Assembly: GCA_965637545.1 (NCBI GenBank)
Contig: OZ281499.1
Location: 3,472,001-3,536,000 of the forward strand
Length of the DNA: 64,000 nucleotides
Reading direction: 5' to 3'
Origin: Phallusia mammillata
Lineage: Eukaryota
Positions within the stretch are counted from its first letter, which is position 1. Each line of letters opens with the position of its first letter. The position numbers and the translations under genes were made by a program. The notes beneath the pieces are model-generated. The model was not told the origin of the DNA. It saw nothing but the letters and a program-made list of their open reading frames with translations, and ran no database searches. Below are positions 61,871 through 64,000 of this stretch, in pieces.

Positions 61871-64000
61871 TGCAACATCCTAAACAAAACAAGTTTATTA
61901 TTTCATTTGTTTTAAAGATATGTTATTCATATTTTGCATAAACACTGGACGCACGAAAAACACAAAAAACAAACGACATATAAAAGTAAATCTGCATGAA
62001 CGCTACAGGGCTTATCTCACTTATATGAATTCATGTTCATCTTAACATACAAAATTTGATCAAAAAACTTTGTTTACGCGTTTAATCTAGTGGTTTTTTA
62101 TCTGTGGGTAGTTTGACATTTTTCAGTGGGTAAATTAACTGTCATGTTTAAGTTCTGCGCCATTACCCTTTTGTTGATCGTTTTTTTTTTTCGAAAGAGG
62201 GTATATGTAATTCGTCTCGTTGTTCTCAGGGTTACAATATTAATGGGTTAAGAACCACTGAAATCAATACAGCTTTCTTAAAACAAAACACGTCAAATCG
62301 CAATCTTTTGATCAAACCGGTTAAAAGCATCTCTCTTTTGACATTAATCTTTTAGTAGTCTAATCTAGCTAATTCCTTTGCGCGTACCTATCGATGAAGT
62401 TTAAGTCATTTGAATCCTCAGATGCGAAAAACTACAACAATATCGTTAATAGCTGGATGCTGAAACTATACTGAATCGCAAGCTCCTTGAAAAAAGCTGT
62501 CCAACCTCGAACAGCAAACTTGTGAGGTAAACAACTTTTAACTCTACAAAAGAAATGTTTACCACCACATTCGACTAACTCGTCTGAGCTTATCAACGTT
62601 TGAACCACTTGAATGCAAAACAATTGGCGTCAAATATCGCCCATGCCGTTTGTCAATGTCAAACTACAGCCTAACCAATGCCTAATATTGAAAACAAGCC
62701 AAAGTGCCAAACTGCGACAACGCATCGCTAAATCCACGTTTTAAGATACTGAACTTAGCAAATCGACCGCCTAATCTGCAAACAACAACAACAACAAATT
62801 ACTAACAATTAGTTATTCAAGATATGCTTTGACTGGAATTGTTCTGAAGCCTAGCGGCATTTTATCCTATTTGACAACTTTGACACTGGTAATATTGCAA
62901 CATGATGTGCGGTACAAAACCTACATAGCTTCAAGGGTACATAGAATCGTGACCTACATTTTAGGCGCTTATTGCGGGTTACGACCCTGAGGTGTGCGTA
63001 CCACACAGCAAACTGTTGTCGCTAACCACTGACTTCTGCCAAAGAGCAACAGACGAACCAGTACCGGTGTCAGAATTGCGGTAACAAAACACTACGGGCA
63101 CTCGATTCCGTTACGTCACTATTAAATTGAATGACAAAGACTGTAGGTGGGTTATAGTATGACAAGGCGCTGTATTGTGAGTCCCGCTGGATGGAATGTC
63201 AGCTATTTGGCGTCGTTTTAGCGACATGGCGACAAGGTATAGGTGCCTCGGCGCAGGGGCCACCAGTCAAGCAGATTAATTACATTTAATGAGGATTTTT
63301 TTGCGACAGAACCCGTGTGTTCAAACTGAACGCATTGGTCTCTTTACGCGCAATGCTAAGAATTGTTTGGTCGTACCGTTTTGTTATTCACTCCCCACAT
63401 TAAAGATATGTGACGGGTTATTCCGTTAAATTTTCTTACGAGGAAAACTTTTTCAAAACCTTGCGTGATCTAATATCAGTTTCAATTATAAATCGAAACT
63501 TGAATTTTATTTCATTTGAAGTATGGTACGCAAAGTACAATGTTACGTAGGATTTTATTCGTTGTTATATTACAAAAATCACCCCTGTATCATTACTTTC
63601 TTGCAGTAATTTTGACTTAAAAGGAACATATGGCAAAGAACTGCATCAAATAGTTTATGTAAAACTTTGACTAGGAACAAAGTTGTGATTAAGTTGAATC
63701 AGTGAAATCAAATACAAATACAAATAACTGTGCCAATGTATACTAAGTTAAAAGTAATAATGCAGTACCTGTCACACACAAAGTCTGGCACGCCAAATTT
63801 AAACTCATTGTGACAAGTGCCCCTTGTCCGTAACGTCTTAACCTAACCTTGCTTACGACATAATTAAGTTGTTACATTCCCACACGAAAATTAATAATCC
63901 ACAGTGGTAAAATCAATTGCCTTCAACAATAAACTCCTCCCTTGTTCGATGAGCAATATATTTTTAATTGTGATTACAAATTTCGCAGAGTACACTACAC

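Overview
Eukaryotic, AT-rich animal DNA with many short (about 60-100 nt) GT-AG introns, consistent with an ascidian/tunicate-type genome (organism is an inference). Two large spliced genes converge tail-to-tail. (1) + strand, 3671-24677: an inhibitor-of-apoptosis (IAP/BIRC) gene, BIR1-BIR2-BIR3-UBA-RING without a CARD. Twelve upstream exons splice in frame into BIR1, giving a manually assembled 26-exon, ~1186-aa protein with a ~600-aa N-terminal extension I cannot assign to a known domain. BIR1 has non-canonical zinc-ligand spacing. (2) - strand, 61870-26936: an ARHGAP20-like PH-RA-RhoGAP gene (18 exons, ~1460 aa), with a candidate alternative 5' exon and a C-terminal ESYV PDZ-binding motif. 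Between the two 3' ends is a perfect 15-bp inverted repeat carrying AATAAA on both strands. Introns hold several non-autonomous DNA transposons (hAT-type and TA-flanked MITEs, a fold-back MITE), a Helentron/DINE-1-like element with a 128-bp tandem array, a degenerate tRNA-like (SINE-head) sequence and a decayed LINE-like remnant. All gene models were built by hand from splice signals and reading-frame phase; none is transcript-verified. No rRNA, functional tRNA or CRISPR array was found.
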